From: Alphaproteobacteria bacterium UBA830 | GTDB lineage: Bacteria; Pseudomonadota; Alphaproteobacteria; MPNO01; UBA830 | Assembly (NCBI GenBank): GCA_002295635.1 | Contig: DBHK01000017.1 | Span: 25,396 to 89,395 of the forward strand | Length of the DNA: 64,000 nt | Direction: 5' to 3' | In this document: in pieces, positions 51,833-63,435 of the stretch | Layout of the letters: each line of letters opens with the position of its first letter | How positions within the stretch are numbered: position 1 is the stretch's first letter | Notes under the pieces: generated by a model | What the model was told of the DNA's origin: nothing | Seen by the model: only the letters and a program-made list of their open reading frames with translations | Databases searched by the model: none | Translations under genes and position numbers: made by a program

Positions 51833-52450
51833 TTAACGTGAGTAGAATTCTATGACGAGGTTGGGTTCCATTTGGACCGGATAGGGCACCTCAGCAAATC
51901 CTGGTACGCGTAGAAACTTGCCCTGCATTTTGCCATGATCAACTTCCATGTATTCCGGTACATCCCGCTCCGGTAGCTGGCCGGCTTCAAGCACCATGGG
52001 AATGGTGCGAGACTTCTCTCGGACTTCAATCACGTCACCTTCCTTTACTCGATAAGAGGGGATAGTAACGCGGGCGCCATTTACGCGAACGTGGCCATGA
52101 TTGATAAATTGACGAGACGCGAAAACTGTCGGCACAAACTTCATGCGGTAGACTACAGCGTCTAGTCTCTGTTCGAGCAAACCGATAAGCGCCTCAACGG
52201 TATCGCCGCGACGCTTGACCGCTTCGCCGTAGATGCGGCGAAACTGTTTCTCGGTAATATTGCCGTAATAGCCTTTAAGTTTCTGCTTCGCCTGCAACTG
52301 CAATCCGAAATCAGACATCTTACTACGCCGCCGCTGACCGTGCTGTCCCGGGCCATATTCTCGGCTATTCCAAGGACTTTTTGGGCGACCCCATAGGTTG
52401 CAGCCTAAGCGCCGGTTAATCTTATATTTCGAGCGCACGCGTTTTGACAT
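51833..52450 (-). CDS. rpsD: 30S ribosomal protein S4
   Basis: 205 aa; canonical S4 N-terminus ([25 protein letters not shown]) and S4 RNA-binding domain. Confidence 0.95.
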   Translation of the reverse strand: MSKRVRSKYKINRRLGCNLWGRPKSPWNSREYGPGQHGQRRRSKMSDFGLQLQAKQKLKGYYGNITEKQFRRIYGEAVKRRGDTVEALIGLLEQRLDAVVYRMKFVPTVFASRQFINHGHVRVNGARVTIPSYRVKEGDVIEVREKSRTIPMVLEAGQLPERDVPEYMEVDHGKMQGKFLRVPGFAEVPYPVQMEPNLVIEFYSR

Positions 52451-52862
52451 GGCCCTATCTCCTTTGTTCTCTCTATTTGTCCCGGTAGTCCGGTTCCAGA
52501 CCTTGCTGGCGGCGGGAAACTGCCTTTTTCAGGCAACATCCTCATTCCCGGGAGTGGCGGCGGAGTATATGCATCGCACCCGCCGTGTCAACGAATTGCG
52601 TAAAGAGGCTGCTTCGACCAAAAAATTTGCGAATATGAAATGAATTCAGTCAAAAATGCTGATCTTATTTGATGGCGCTACTGATTGGTTAGGTATTTTT
52701 GGCGGTATCATCGATACTATTGTTTACCTCCCCGAGGTTTCCTGCTGTACTATCTTTGGCACCATTCGACTGTATACGTGGATTGTTTTATTCCCCTCCA
52801 CGGATTTTTCGTGGCCGTTCGTCATTATTGACGCCATCTGGCCACGGAAGTTTTCGGGCTCT

Positions 52863-53645
52863 TTATCTCGAACGATCGCGTGGGCGTGAAAGGCCACCAA
52901 CGATGCCGCGAAGAGTTTTGACTTCTCGATCACTGAGCCTCGAACGGGTAAAAATATTACGGATATTTCGAACCATACGTGGTCGTTTTTCTGGCGGGAA
53001 TAGAAAGCCGCAGGCATCCAGTTCTGCCTCCAAGTGCTCGAAAAAATTTACTAACTCATCTTTAGATGCTACCCTCCCGCCCTTGCGGGTCACACCATCC
53101 AATTTTTTTGGTTGGGTCGCCTGAAACCATTCGTAACCGATCAACAAAACCGCTTGCGCGAGATTTAGAGAGCGGTGTTCTGAATCTACGGGAACCATGA
53201 TGATGGCATCGGAGATCGCTACATCGTCGTTATTTAGTCCCTTAGATTCGCGACCGAAAAGAATACCTGATCTTTCGCCCTTTTCGTTGTTTGCATGAAG
53301 AGATTTCGCCAAATCACGCGGCGTCAGTACCGGCTTTTCCATATCTCGTACACGGGCCGTCGTCGCGTAAAGCCGATTTAGATCGGAAACAGCATCTTGA
53401 GTATTATCATAGATCGTGGCCTGCTCTAGAACGCGCTCTGCACCGGATGCAGTGTTGATGGCTTTCTGGTTCGGCCAATCACCCTTAGGTTCGACCAGAC
53501 GCATCTCAGACAGCCCGAAATTCATCATCGCTCGCGCCGACGCTCCAATGTTTTCACCCAACGTGGGACGCACCATTATGATAGCTGGGGGCGGTTTTAC
53601 GTTGGTCACAGGGTCAAGGGATTCCGTCACGCCGCTTTGGCGCAA
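52863..53645 (-). CDS. TrmH-family RNA 2'-O-methyltransferase (TrmJ-like)
   Basis: 260 aa; SpoU-MTase motifs (ENIGASARAM, LVEP, ILFGRESKGL). Confidence 0.65.
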   Translation of the reverse strand: MRQSGVTESLDPVTNVKPPPAIIMVRPTLGENIGASARAMMNFGLSEMRLVEPKGDWPNQKAINTASGAERVLEQATIYDNTQDAVSDLNRLYATTARVRDMEKPVLTPRDLAKSLHANNEKGERSGILFGRESKGLNNDDVAISDAIIMVPVDSEHRSLNLAQAVLLIGYEWFQATQPKKLDGVTRKGGRVASKDELVNFFEHLEAELDACGFLFPPEKRPRMVRNIRNIFTRSRLSDREVKTLRGIVGGLSRPRDRSR

Positions 53646-55225
53646 TCACGATACAGTTTATACGATATCGAATCCTGCAGCGCGTTATAGGAAGCGTCGA
53701 TGATGTTGGTCGATAGTCCTACACACGACCAGCGTCGATCTTGGCCGTCCGCACTTTCGATCATGACTCTTGTTACGGCACCCGTGCCATCGCCAGGTGT
53801 TAGGATTCGGACCTTGTAATCGACCAATCGCATATCCTCGAGCTCTGGATAGCTCTCTAGCAAAACCTTACCAAGAGCATTATCGAGCGCGTTGACCGGC
53901 CCATTACCCTCGGCCACTGCCATATGGTTTCGGTTTCCTACATCGACCTTCACCGTCGCCTCTGACACGGTCACCAATTCTCCACGAGCGTTCCAACGGC
54001 GCTCGTCAAGTACTCGGAAAGAATGCAACGTATAATATTCAGGTACTTGTTGCAGGATCCGGCGCGCCAAAAGCTCAAAACTGGCTTCGGCCCCGTCATA
54101 GGCGTAACCCTCAAATTCCCGTTCCTTTACCAATTTCAGGAGACGGGGCACTCTTGGGTGATTTGAGTCAATCTCAAGTCCGATTTCTCGAAACCGCGCT
54201 AGAATGTTGGATCTACCCGACTGGTCTGATACGACGATATGACGAGCGTTCCCCACCAGAGTAGGATCGATATGTTCATAGGTTCTCGGATCCTTCTCGA
54301 CAGCTGAGACATGCAATCCACCCTTATGCGCAAATGCCGAATCACCGACATACGCGGCATTACGGACCGGCGAGCGGTTGAGACGTTCGTCTAAAACACG
54401 TGATATGTGGGTAAGCTGTCTCAAGTCATTATCACCTAGACCAGTATGGAAACCCATTTTGAGCATTAGGTTGGGGATGATTGCAGTCAGATTAGCATTA
54501 CCGCAACGCTCGCCGAGACCGTTAAGGGTTCCCTGGACCTGCCGTGCACCAGCGTTGACTGCGGCGAGGGAATTTGCAACGGCATTCTCAGTATCATTAT
54601 GACAATGAATCCCGAGGTGTGTACCGGGAACATAGTCGGATACTTCGCGGATTATGCGATCAATTTCATGTGGTAAAGTTCCACCGTTGGTATCGCAAAG
54701 AACGATCCACCGAGCGCCAGCCTCATAGGCTGCTTTTACGCAGGAAAGCGCATATTCAGAATTTTCTTTGTAGCCATCGAAGAAATGCTCGGCATCAAAC
54801 AAAACTTCGCTAACTCGATTTTTGCCATAAGCAATGGAGTCCCCAATGATCTCTATATTTTCTTCCCTCGGAATTTCCAAAGCTACATCGACGTGATAGT
54901 CCCAAGTCTTTCCCACCATGCAAACAGCCGCGGGCTTAACGTCGAACAAGGCGGCAAGACCCGGATCATTTTCAACCGAGCGACCGGGACGGCGAGTCAT
55001 ACCAAAAGCAGCGATCTTGGACCGTTTCAAGATCGGCGGCTTTAGGAAAAATGCGTCGTCTGTCGGATTGGCGCCTGGCCAGCCGCCTTCGATATAGTCA
55101 ATACCGAGATTATCTAGCGCGCTCGCCATCGCAATCTTGTCGGCAACAGAAAAATCTACGCCCTGCGTCTGCGCCCCGTCACGCAACGTCGAGTCAAATA
55201 GATAAATGCGGTTATCGTTCGCCAT
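53627..55225 (-). CDS. 2-isopropylmalate synthase/citramalate synthase family (LeuA/CimA-like)
   Basis: Start at MANDNRIYLFDSTLRDGAQ (pyruvate-carboxyltransferase TIM-barrel motif); HxH metal motif (HCHNDTE) and C-terminal LeuA-dimer regulatory domain. Confidence 0.8.
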   Translation of the reverse strand: MANDNRIYLFDSTLRDGAQTQGVDFSVADKIAMASALDNLGIDYIEGGWPGANPTDDAFFLKPPILKRSKIAAFGMTRRPGRSVENDPGLAALFDVKPAAVCMVGKTWDYHVDVALEIPREENIEIIGDSIAYGKNRVSEVLFDAEHFFDGYKENSEYALSCVKAAYEAGARWIVLCDTNGGTLPHEIDRIIREVSDYVPGTHLGIHCHNDTENAVANSLAAVNAGARQVQGTLNGLGERCGNANLTAIIPNLMLKMGFHTGLGDNDLRQLTHISRVLDERLNRSPVRNAAYVGDSAFAHKGGLHVSAVEKDPRTYEHIDPTLVGNARHIVVSDQSGRSNILARFREIGLEIDSNHPRVPRLLKLVKEREFEGYAYDGAEASFELLARRILQQVPEYYTLHSFRVLDERRWNARGELVTVSEATVKVDVGNRNHMAVAEGNGPVNALDNALGKVLLESYPELEDMRLVDYKVRILTPGDGTGAVTRVMIESADGQDRRWSCVGLSTNIIDASYNALQDSISYKLYRDCAKAA

Positions 55226-55298
55226 CTTCCTGCGGGTCCCGCTCAATTTAATCATAAGGGCGCGAACTCCTACCAAAGTCCGCTCAATACGTAAACGA

Positions 55299-56960
55299 TT
55301 AAGCTCTACCCCGAAACGCGTTTACGATTGGATAACGACGGTCACGTCCGAACGATCTGCCAGTAATTTTGACACCGGGTGGGGCTTGACGCCGTTTGTA
55401 TTCAGCGCCGAGGAGCATACGCCAGACACTTAACACCAATGCTCGGTCGTGCCCCTCTTTTTCCAAGTCGTCTACGCCTAGGTCCCCCTCGTTTAATTCT
55501 TTGAGGATAGCGTCCAATTGCTCGTATGGCGGCAGGTTATCTGCGTCTTTCTGATCAGGTTTAAGTTCGGCTGTCGGAGGCTTCACTATAATGTTTTCCG
55601 GAACCACCCGACCGCCGGGGCCTAGAAATCTTGTTGAGAGGTTGGCATTACGCCAATGGCAAAGTTGGAATACTTTCGTCTTATAAACATCCTTCAATAC
55701 GGAATATCCTCCACACATATCGCCATAGAGCGTGGCGTAACCAACCGACATCTCAGACTTGTTACCCGTCGATACCACCATTGCACCCGTTTTGTTGGAC
55801 AGTGCCATTAGCGTGAGACCACGAGACCGTGCCTGAACATTCTCTTCGGCGGTCCCGGCCTCTGTCCCTGCGAAGGTTTCCGATAACATCTCTTCGAATG
55901 CCTTCATGGCCGGTTCAATAGAGATCGAATCTAACGGCACGCCGAGTAGTCGGCACGCCTCCGCAGCATCTTCAAGGCTTTCTTGTGAAGTGAAGGGGGA
56001 AGGCATCATAACGCAGTGAACCTGATTGGGTCCGAGGGCATCGACCGCCACCGCCGCTGTCAACGCAGAATCTACTCCACCGGACATACCAATCAATACG
56101 CCTGGAAAACCACTTTTAGTGACATAATCTCTAAGTCCAAGTACCATTGCTGAGTAGATCGCCATGTCACCGTCAGGTGGTGAGCTTTTCTCCCCTTCAT
56201 CGCAAACCCAAGTATTGCCATTACGGGACCAAATGGTTTTTATTAGGCTTTCATCCCAAGCTGGTGCTTGCACCCGCAATGACGCGTCAGCGCCGAGCAC
56301 GAAAGACGCACCATCGAATACTAACTCATCCTGACCGCCCACCTGATTAACGTAGATCAGAGGCATCCGGCACTCGATGGCACGTGCGGCGGCAAGATTG
56401 ATGCGAGTATCCCACTTGTCCTGTTGGTAGGGTGAGCCGTTAAGCACCACGAGGATCTCTGCACCAGATTCATCTAAACATTCGGCAACCTCGTCGGTCC
56501 ACATATCCTCGCAAATCATCACCCCCAGCCTAACGCCGCGGAAGCTGATTGGCCCGGGCAGAGGGCCCGACCTGAATATACGTTTTTCGTCGAACACACC
56601 ATAATTTGGCAGATCGTGTTTAAACCGTACTGCCGAGATCTGCCCTCGATCAAGCAGCAAGACGGCATTATAGAGATCCTCATTATCGCGCCATGGCGAT
56701 CCCACTAGCATGGCCGGGCCACCGTCCACCGTCTCGCGGGCAAGCGCCTCGATTTCGCGTTGGATAGTATCGTTGACAATGGGCCGAAATACCAAGTCCT
56801 CCGGCGGGTACCCACAAACGACCAGTTCACTCGTTACGACGAGATCAGCGCCACATTTTGCCGCATCAAGACGGGCCTGGCGGAGTCGTTCGACGTTACC
56901 GACAATGTCACCGACAACAGGATTGATTTGAGCCAGAGAAATATTGAGCGTATCGGTCAT
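55299..56960 (-). CDS. nadE: glutamine-dependent NAD+ synthetase
   Basis: 553 aa; N-terminal CN-hydrolase domain plus C-terminal NAD synthetase domain with SGGVDS PP-loop. Confidence 0.9.
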   Translation of the reverse strand: MTDTLNISLAQINPVVGDIVGNVERLRQARLDAAKCGADLVVTSELVVCGYPPEDLVFRPIVNDTIQREIEALARETVDGGPAMLVGSPWRDNEDLYNAVLLLDRGQISAVRFKHDLPNYGVFDEKRIFRSGPLPGPISFRGVRLGVMICEDMWTDEVAECLDESGAEILVVLNGSPYQQDKWDTRINLAAARAIECRMPLIYVNQVGGQDELVFDGASFVLGADASLRVQAPAWDESLIKTIWSRNGNTWVCDEGEKSSPPDGDMAIYSAMVLGLRDYVTKSGFPGVLIGMSGGVDSALTAAVAVDALGPNQVHCVMMPSPFTSQESLEDAAEACRLLGVPLDSISIEPAMKAFEEMLSETFAGTEAGTAEENVQARSRGLTLMALSNKTGAMVVSTGNKSEMSVGYATLYGDMCGGYSVLKDVYKTKVFQLCHWRNANLSTRFLGPGGRVVPENIIVKPPTAELKPDQKDADNLPPYEQLDAILKELNEGDLGVDDLEKEGHDRALVLSVWRMLLGAEYKRRQAPPGVKITGRSFGRDRRYPIVNAFRGRA

Positions 56961-56974
56961 TAAGATCTCCCCGC

Positions 56975-58366
56975 TTATTCGGCCGCCTCATATTTGGGTG
57001 GATCATTCCGTTCGCTATCACGCTTTGCCTTAAGGTGCTCGCCGACAAGAAACGCTAGTTCTAGGGACTGCGACGCGTTTAGACGAGGATCGCAATGCGT
57101 ATGATAACGAGCTGACAAACCTTCATCGGTGATCTCCTGAGCACCACCGGTGCATTCAGTCACATTCTGCCCGGTAAGCTCGATATGAACCCCACCGGCG
57201 TGGGTACCCTCGGCCTCGTGCACCGCAAAGAAGCCACGTACTTCCTGCAAGATTTGGTCAAAGGGGCGCGTCTTAAAGCCGCTTTTGGCCTTGATTGTGT
57301 TACCGTGCATCGGGTCGCAGGTCCAAACAACCTTCTTACCTTCATTAGCAACAGCTCTGACGAGGTTAGGCAAGGTCTGCTCTACCTTTTCGTGCCCCAT
57401 TCGGCTGATTAGAACTAGACGACCCGGATCATTATCTGGGTTGAGCGCATCGATGACTTTCAGCAATTCATCGGGCGTTTGCGTTGGTCCAGTTTTGAGG
57501 CCGATGGGATTTGCGATTCCCCGCAAGAATTCGACATGCCCGCCATCAAGCTGACGGGTCCGGTCACCAATCCACAACATATGTGCCGACGTGTCATACC
57601 AATCGCCAGAGGTAGAATCTACACGCGTCATAGCCTGTTCATACCCCAGTAACAAAGCCTCATGGCTCGTATAAAAATCGGTCTCACGTAATTGTGGCGC
57701 GGCGTTGGGCGTCAGCCCGCAGGCCGCCATAAATGTCATAGCTTCATCAATGCGGTCTGCTAATTCAGCATATTTCCGGGCCTGTTCTCCCGAAGAAACA
57801 AATTCGAGATTCCAACGGTGCACTTCTTCTAGATTTGCATAACCACCCTGTGCGAAGGCTCGTAGAAGATTCAGGGTCGCCGCGGATTGGTTGTATACTT
57901 GGACCATACGTTCTGGATCAGGCGTACGCGCCTCCCCAGTGAACTCCATGTCGTTTACCATATCGCCTCGATAGCTGGGCAGAGTAATGCCGTCCTGCTC
58001 CTCAACGTCGGAAGACCTCGGTTTTGCAAATTGCCCCGCCAGACGTCCAATTTTTACAACGGGTTTGCCAGATGCGAAGGTTAGAACCACAGCCATTTGC
58101 AGCAGAACACGAAATGTATCGCGGATATAGTTGGGATGGAATTCGGCGAAACTCTCGGCGCAATCACCCCCCTGCAATAGGAAGGCCCTACCCTCCGCGA
58201 CATCAGAAAGCTGAGCATGGAGCTTACGCGCCTCGCCCGCAAACACTAATGGTGGATATCTACTGAGCTTGCTTTCCGCCGCTTCCACGGCGATTGAATC
58301 CGGGTATTCCGGAACCTGAATCACAGGTTTGTCTCGCCAGCTTTCGGGCGACCAGTTCCCCGACAT
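56975..58366 (-). CDS. class II 3-deoxy-7-phosphoheptulonate (DAHP) synthase
   Basis: Start at [11 protein letters not shown] (GAGAGG RBS); class II/plant-like AroA(II) N-terminus (W.P.SWR..P..Q.P.YPD) and length about 463 aa. Confidence 0.85.
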   Translation of the reverse strand: MSGNWSPESWRDKPVIQVPEYPDSIAVEAAESKLSRYPPLVFAGEARKLHAQLSDVAEGRAFLLQGGDCAESFAEFHPNYIRDTFRVLLQMAVVLTFASGKPVVKIGRLAGQFAKPRSSDVEEQDGITLPSYRGDMVNDMEFTGEARTPDPERMVQVYNQSAATLNLLRAFAQGGYANLEEVHRWNLEFVSSGEQARKYAELADRIDEAMTFMAACGLTPNAAPQLRETDFYTSHEALLLGYEQAMTRVDSTSGDWYDTSAHMLWIGDRTRQLDGGHVEFLRGIANPIGLKTGPTQTPDELLKVIDALNPDNDPGRLVLISRMGHEKVEQTLPNLVRAVANEGKKVVWTCDPMHGNTIKAKSGFKTRPFDQILQEVRGFFAVHEAEGTHAGGVHIELTGQNVTECTGGAQEITDEGLSARYHTHCDPRLNASQSLELAFLVGEHLKAKRDSERNDPPKYEAAE

Positions 58367-58504
58367 GGCCAACCTCTCTATCTTAATCTCTTTGGGAGGA
58401 TCGCGTATACGCCGTTTATCCGGCTTTTTCCAGCAAAACTGCGCAATGCGGCCAAACACCCAAGATAACCAGCTACTGTCCTAAGATGTGGGCGCAATCC
58501 TTGG

Positions 58505-59884
58505 TTATTGAGTGCCCTCATCTGACTCCTTTTCCGGCACAGGCTCGCGCATCGTAACAAACTCTTCCGCAGCCGTAGGGTGAATACCGACAGTAGCGTC
58601 GAACTGTGCCTTGGTCGCTCCGCATTTTAGTGCAACACCTAGGCCCTGTATGATTTCGCTCGCGTCCGGTCCTACCATATGACAGCCCACAACTCGGTCG
58701 GACGTTTTGTCGACCACAAGCTTCATCATCGTTTGCCCAGATGAACCGGTCAAAGTATCTTTTAAAGCTCGGAACGTAGAACGATATATTTCGATATCCT
58801 TGTATTGAGCGCGCGCATCCTCTTCGGTTAATCCGACGGTTCCGATGGGGGGATCGGAAAACACTGCAGTTGGTATATCAGCATAATCCATCTTATCGTT
58901 GGTACCCTTGAATAGGTTTGAGGCCAGTTTCATTGCTTCGCCTATCGCCACCGGTGTCAGCTGATATCGGTCGATGAGATCGCCAAGTGCGTAAATATTT
59001 TCGACGCTGGTCCGGAAATAGTCATCAACCTTGATAGCGCCGTTGGCGCTCACCTCTACGCCCACGTTTTCCAACCCCATGTTAGCTGAATTGGCTACCC
59101 GCCCAATGGCGTACAATACCTGATCGTACTGAGAAAGTGATCCGTCACTAAACGTGACGTCGAGCCCAAGATTTACTTTGTCGATACGCTGTATAGCACT
59201 ATTCCAGATGAATTTAATTCCATTCTTTTCCATCTCTGCGGCCAAGTGGCGGCGTACATCCAAGTCAAAACCACGTAATATCATATCGCGTCGATAAACC
59301 AATGAGGTTGCCGCCCCGTACCCGTTGAGGATTCCAGCGAATTCGACCGCGATGTACCCACCGCCGACAACAAGAACGCGTTTGGGTAATTCTTTAAGGT
59401 AGAAAGCGTCGTCAGATACGAGGGCATTTTCTTCTCCGGGCACCTCATCACGCGACGGCTTTCCCCCGGTGGCGACGAGAATTTTCTCGGCCGTCACTTT
59501 TTCGCCTCCTACGTCAAGCGTGTGGGTGTCAATCAAGACTGCACGTGCCTCGAAAAGCGCCACACCGGCATTTTTCAACAAATTCCGGTAGATTTCGTTG
59601 AGACGCTTTATTTCTCTATTTTTATTTTCAATAAGTCGAGACCAATTAAGGGTCGGCTCTGCAAAGTCCCACCCGTACGCGCGGGCCTCTTGACCATAAT
59701 GCAAATAATGTGAGCCGTAAGAGAACAGCTTCTTCGGAATACAGCCGACATTAACACACGTGCCGCCAAGAAACCTCTCCTCGGCGACAGCAACCCTCGC
59801 GCCATAGGAAGCAGACATTCGTGCGGCCCTTACGCCGCCAGATCCTGCGCCGATAACAAATAGATCATAATCATAATTGGACAT
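58505..59884 (-). CDS. gor: glutathione-disulfide reductase
   Basis: 459 aa; GGTCVNVGCIPKK redox-active disulfide motif and FAD GxGxxG N-terminus closely matching Gor. Confidence 0.85.
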   Translation of the reverse strand: MSNYDYDLFVIGAGSGGVRAARMSASYGARVAVAEERFLGGTCVNVGCIPKKLFSYGSHYLHYGQEARAYGWDFAEPTLNWSRLIENKNREIKRLNEIYRNLLKNAGVALFEARAVLIDTHTLDVGGEKVTAEKILVATGGKPSRDEVPGEENALVSDDAFYLKELPKRVLVVGGGYIAVEFAGILNGYGAATSLVYRRDMILRGFDLDVRRHLAAEMEKNGIKFIWNSAIQRIDKVNLGLDVTFSDGSLSQYDQVLYAIGRVANSANMGLENVGVEVSANGAIKVDDYFRTSVENIYALGDLIDRYQLTPVAIGEAMKLASNLFKGTNDKMDYADIPTAVFSDPPIGTVGLTEEDARAQYKDIEIYRSTFRALKDTLTGSSGQTMMKLVVDKTSDRVVGCHMVGPDASEIIQGLGVALKCGATKAQFDATVGIHPTAAEEFVTMREPVPEKESDEGTQ

Positions 59885-59934
59885 GGCGAGCGCCCTTCTG
59901 CAGTTCTCATGTAATGCTTTGGGTGGTCTGCAGC

Positions 59935-61401
59935 CTAGCCGCCGATCCCTCCAATCAGGCCATATTTAATCTCGAGGTAGTCCTCAATCCCGTATTTGGA
60001 CCCCTCACGGCCGGTGCCAGATTCTTTCATACCCCCAAAAGGTGCTACCTCTGTGGAAATGATACCTTCGTTGACCCCAACAATACCGTATTCCAAACCT
60101 TCCATAACCCGCCATATACGGCCGATGTCGCGACTATAGAAATAGGCCGCAAGGCCGAATTCTGTGTCATTTGCCATCTCAAGCGCCTCTTCCTCGGTCT
60201 CGAAACGATAGAGTGGCGCAACTGGACCAAATGTTTCCTCTCGAGTAACTTTCATATCGGTGTTTACCTCCGAAAGTACGGTCGGTTGAAAAAAGGTCCC
60301 GCCGAGATCGTGCCGGCCACCGCCAGAAATCACCTTTGCCCCCTTAGCAAGTGCATCTTCTATATGTTCTTCTACCTTTTCCACCGCGGCCATATCGATC
60401 AATGGGCCCTGCTCAGTTTCACCCTTCAATCCATCACCAATCCGCATTTTTTCGACCGCGGCCGAGAGTTTCTCAGAAAATTCATCATACACACCGTTCT
60501 GCACCAACAAACGATTAGCGCAGACGCAAGTCTGGCCAGTATTCCGGAATTTGGACGCCATAGCTCCTTCGATAGCCTCGTCGAGGTCAGCATCATCAAA
60601 TACGATGAATGGTGCGTTTCCGCCTAACTCCATCGATGTCTTTTTAACTGTTGCCGCGCACTGTTCCATCAAAAGCTTCCCGATTTCCGTCGAACCGGTA
60701 AAGGTTAGCTTACGGACGATGGGATTCGACGTCATCTCACTGCCAATGGCACCTGACGAGCCGGTTACCACACTGAACACCCCGTTGGGGATGCCGGCTC
60801 GCTGGCCAAGCTCGGCTAGTGCAAGCGCGGAATACGGTGTCGCAGTTGCCGGTTTTACAACCATAGTACAGCCCGCGGCCAGAGCGGGGCCGCATTTGCG
60901 GGTGATCATCGCAGCAGGAAAGTTCCATGGCGTAATCGCGGCGCAGACGCCAATAGGCTCCTTCGTGACTACGATACGCTTACCGGGCGCATGTTGTGGG
61001 ATGGTGTCGCCATAGATTCGTTTACCCTCCTCGGCAAACCACTCGATGAAGGAAGCGGCGTAAATAATTTCACCCATGGATTCTTTCAGCGGCTTACCTT
61101 GTTCCGCAGTCATCATCTTAGCCAGATCGTCCTGATGCTCTATTATCAGGTCGAACCAGATGCGCAATATTGTAGCGCGTTCCTTCGCCGTTTTCGCTCT
61201 CCATTCCGGATAAGCCGTGTTTGCCGCCTCTATTGCCTCGCGAGTTTCATTAGCACCCATTTTAGGTACTGTCCCAATCGTCTCGCCTGATGCCGGGTTA
61301 ACAACATCAATGGTTTCATTAGAACCGGCGCCAACCCATTCGCCGTTGATGTAACAGGCTTCTCGAAAAAGGCTTGGGTCTTTGAGGTCTAGCGATGTCA
61401 T
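59935..61401 (-). CDS. gabD: NAD(P)-dependent succinate-semialdehyde dehydrogenase
   Basis: Start at MTSLDLKDPSLFREACYINGEWV (GGGAGA RBS); aldehyde dehydrogenase catalytic motifs (ELGGNAP; GQTCVCANR Cys). Confidence 0.85.
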   Translation of the reverse strand: MTSLDLKDPSLFREACYINGEWVGAGSNETIDVVNPASGETIGTVPKMGANETREAIEAANTAYPEWRAKTAKERATILRIWFDLIIEHQDDLAKMMTAEQGKPLKESMGEIIYAASFIEWFAEEGKRIYGDTIPQHAPGKRIVVTKEPIGVCAAITPWNFPAAMITRKCGPALAAGCTMVVKPATATPYSALALAELGQRAGIPNGVFSVVTGSSGAIGSEMTSNPIVRKLTFTGSTEIGKLLMEQCAATVKKTSMELGGNAPFIVFDDADLDEAIEGAMASKFRNTGQTCVCANRLLVQNGVYDEFSEKLSAAVEKMRIGDGLKGETEQGPLIDMAAVEKVEEHIEDALAKGAKVISGGGRHDLGGTFFQPTVLSEVNTDMKVTREETFGPVAPLYRFETEEEALEMANDTEFGLAAYFYSRDIGRIWRVMEGLEYGIVGVNEGIISTEVAPFGGMKESGTGREGSKYGIEDYLEIKYGLIGGIGG

Positions 61402-61618
61402 CTGGCTATCTCCCATTGTGGCCAACTTAAGGCTTAATAATAAGGTTTAAAAAGATGTCTCCGAGACAGAGTATACAACGCCAGTCATCGGGAGTCAGGA
61501 GGACACGCCCAGATGTCGAAAGATTCAACCCGTAATAGGGAGACAAGCAAAATCATACAAATTCTCCGCATTTATTTGCATCGGATATGATCATAGCGAA
61601 AATGAAAAGAAACTGGCC

Positions 61619-61801
61619 CTATTCTGACTTTGCCCCCAGATGCACGAGATATCCAAGAATTAGAAAGAGAACCAATAACCCGACGCACGCAAATATAAGC
61701 GTGAAAAGAATTTTAAATCCAAGGGACATTTTACGAAGGGGGTATCTCAAGATCAGGTAAATAATAAGGCCAAGGATCAGAACTCCAATCAGACCTTCCA
61801 T
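61619..61801 (-). CDS. hypothetical small membrane protein (two predicted TM helices)
   Basis: 60-aa ORF of almost entirely hydrophobic helix-like sequence; sits in an AT-richer block. Confidence 0.35.
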   Translation of the reverse strand: MEGLIGVLILGLIIYLILRYPLRKMSLGFKILFTLIFACVGLLVLFLILGYLVHLGAKSE

Positions 61802-61961
61802 GTCATACCTCTTTGATCACTGGCTCTCTATGGATCTCTGAGTATTCTCCGATACGCTTGAGGTCCCGTTCTTTTTACTCCCCGACCCAACTCTCTTAAG
61901 CGTTTCAACTGCCGGGAATTTCGACAAGGAACATTTTGTCAGGAGCCACTCTGGGTGCGTA

Positions 61962-62246
61962 TCACGCAGGCGGGGCTAGCGGAGAGATCGAGAAGGGAAT
62001 GTGCTCGACAACATAATCCTCAGTCAGCTTCTGAAAATCAGGATCTTCCATCATTGCGCCCATCGCAGCCATATCTACGTCGAAGAGGGTCACCATTGCC
62101 GTGGTGTCGTTTGCTTGACCAACCAAAGTTTTGTTTTCGTCGCATATCCGTGATCGGTTCTCTGCATCATTCACAAACAGCTCATGCCACGCCTCGTATG
62201 AGGATTTGAGATTAACGATAATATGAATGTCCATTGTAAATTCCAT
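61962..62246 (-). CDS. hypothetical protein
   Basis: About 95-aa ORF (start chosen at MEFTMDIH with GGAG 13 nt upstream); no family recognised. Confidence 0.35.
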   Translation of the reverse strand: MEFTMDIHIIVNLKSSYEAWHELFVNDAENRSRICDENKTLVGQANDTTAMVTLFDVDMAAMGAMMEDPDFQKLTEDYVVEHIPFSISPLAPPA

Positions 62247-62614
62247 AAAAGGTTTCTGACTCCGCGAGTTTGAACTCAAATGGTTACAAAAAAAAGCAAA
62301 GAGTAGGAGTCTCTATTATTTTTTTAAATTTCCCCCTCGGCATCACACTCTAAGTACGCGCCCACTATCTCCGCCTAAATCTGATAAGCATAGGTGATCT
62401 AGGAAAATTGCAGCCGCGTAAGAGTAGAGGTCGGTTGTAGCAGAAGGGATAACATGAAGAAGTTGATTTGCGAGGCTCTCGTAGCCTACTGTGTTTTGTT
62501 TTTTTTCTTAGCGGTGACGCTATTTCTTACTTATTTAAATATCAATAATCGTTGGGAGCCGTTCCTTCTTAAGCACCTTATTCACCAAAATCTAATCACC
62601 ACACCTTAATCATC

Positions 62615-63364
62615 TTATAGAAGTGAGAGTTTTATTTTATCAAAATCAACGATAGATTGGTTAGTCCCACTAGCACTACCGGGTCTATAAATTCCAAACT
62701 TAAAGTGGGGAATACCGCATTTTGGAATAGTAAAACGAATTTTGTCAAAGATAGTTTTCTGGTTGAGTTCTAGAGAAATTTTTGGGAACGCATTGGTGCT
62801 AAATTTTAGAACTATGTCACTCCATTTACCCAGTAGGTCCGTGATTTTAACACTAGAAATGTGATTAGAACTCCTCTCCCCACTTGGTTTGATGGCAGAT
62901 AGCATTAACACCCCATCATTAAATTTTATGATAATCGGAGGGCGGCAGCACGAACGACTACTGCAAGAGTGTATTTGCCAGAAAGCCTCTCGGTTCCCGT
63001 CATAACCCTCCATAAACCGAGCGTGGAACTCTAACTTATAGCCTACACCCCTTTTTAGAGAATCGACTTGTTTCAGTTCTGCACGTTCCCAATATGGGGC
63101 TTTATTTCTGGCGTTCCTATCACTAGAGCACCTACCATAGTGTTTAGTATCCAAACGGAAGCGGATGAACTTATTTTCACCTTCTTTGATCCACTGAACT
63201 GATCGATTTGTGGGCAGACCGCAGTTGTCATAGAATTCTAAGTTCCAGTCATGGTCAGTGTATTTTCTCCCCTTATCAGTTGGTTCGAAAACGTTCTCGC
63301 CTGACCCGTGGCACCCCGAAAGTATCAAGGCCACTAATAATAGGGCTGGTAGCAGTCTTTTCAT
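62615..63364 (-). CDS. lipoprotein with PL7/PF14099-like polysaccharide lyase motifs
   Basis: Signal peptide with lipobox LSGC; RAELKQ, QIHS and HFKFGIYRPG resemble the R-x-E-L-R, Q-I-H and Y-F-K-A-G-x-Y blocks of PL7-superfamily jelly-roll lyases; low-GC gene. Confidence 0.45.
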   Translation of the reverse strand: MKRLLPALLLVALILSGCHGSGENVFEPTDKGRKYTDHDWNLEFYDNCGLPTNRSVQWIKEGENKFIRFRLDTKHYGRCSSDRNARNKAPYWERAELKQVDSLKRGVGYKLEFHARFMEGYDGNREAFWQIHSCSSRSCCRPPIIIKFNDGVLMLSAIKPSGERSSNHISSVKITDLLGKWSDIVLKFSTNAFPKISLELNQKTIFDKIRFTIPKCGIPHFKFGIYRPGSASGTNQSIVDFDKIKLSLL

Positions 63365-63435
63365 GTCCGCGTAACAATCCGACTCGGATCAGGAAGTCCG
63401 CAATAAATCGCCTGAGATTTGACTCGCCAAATCTC

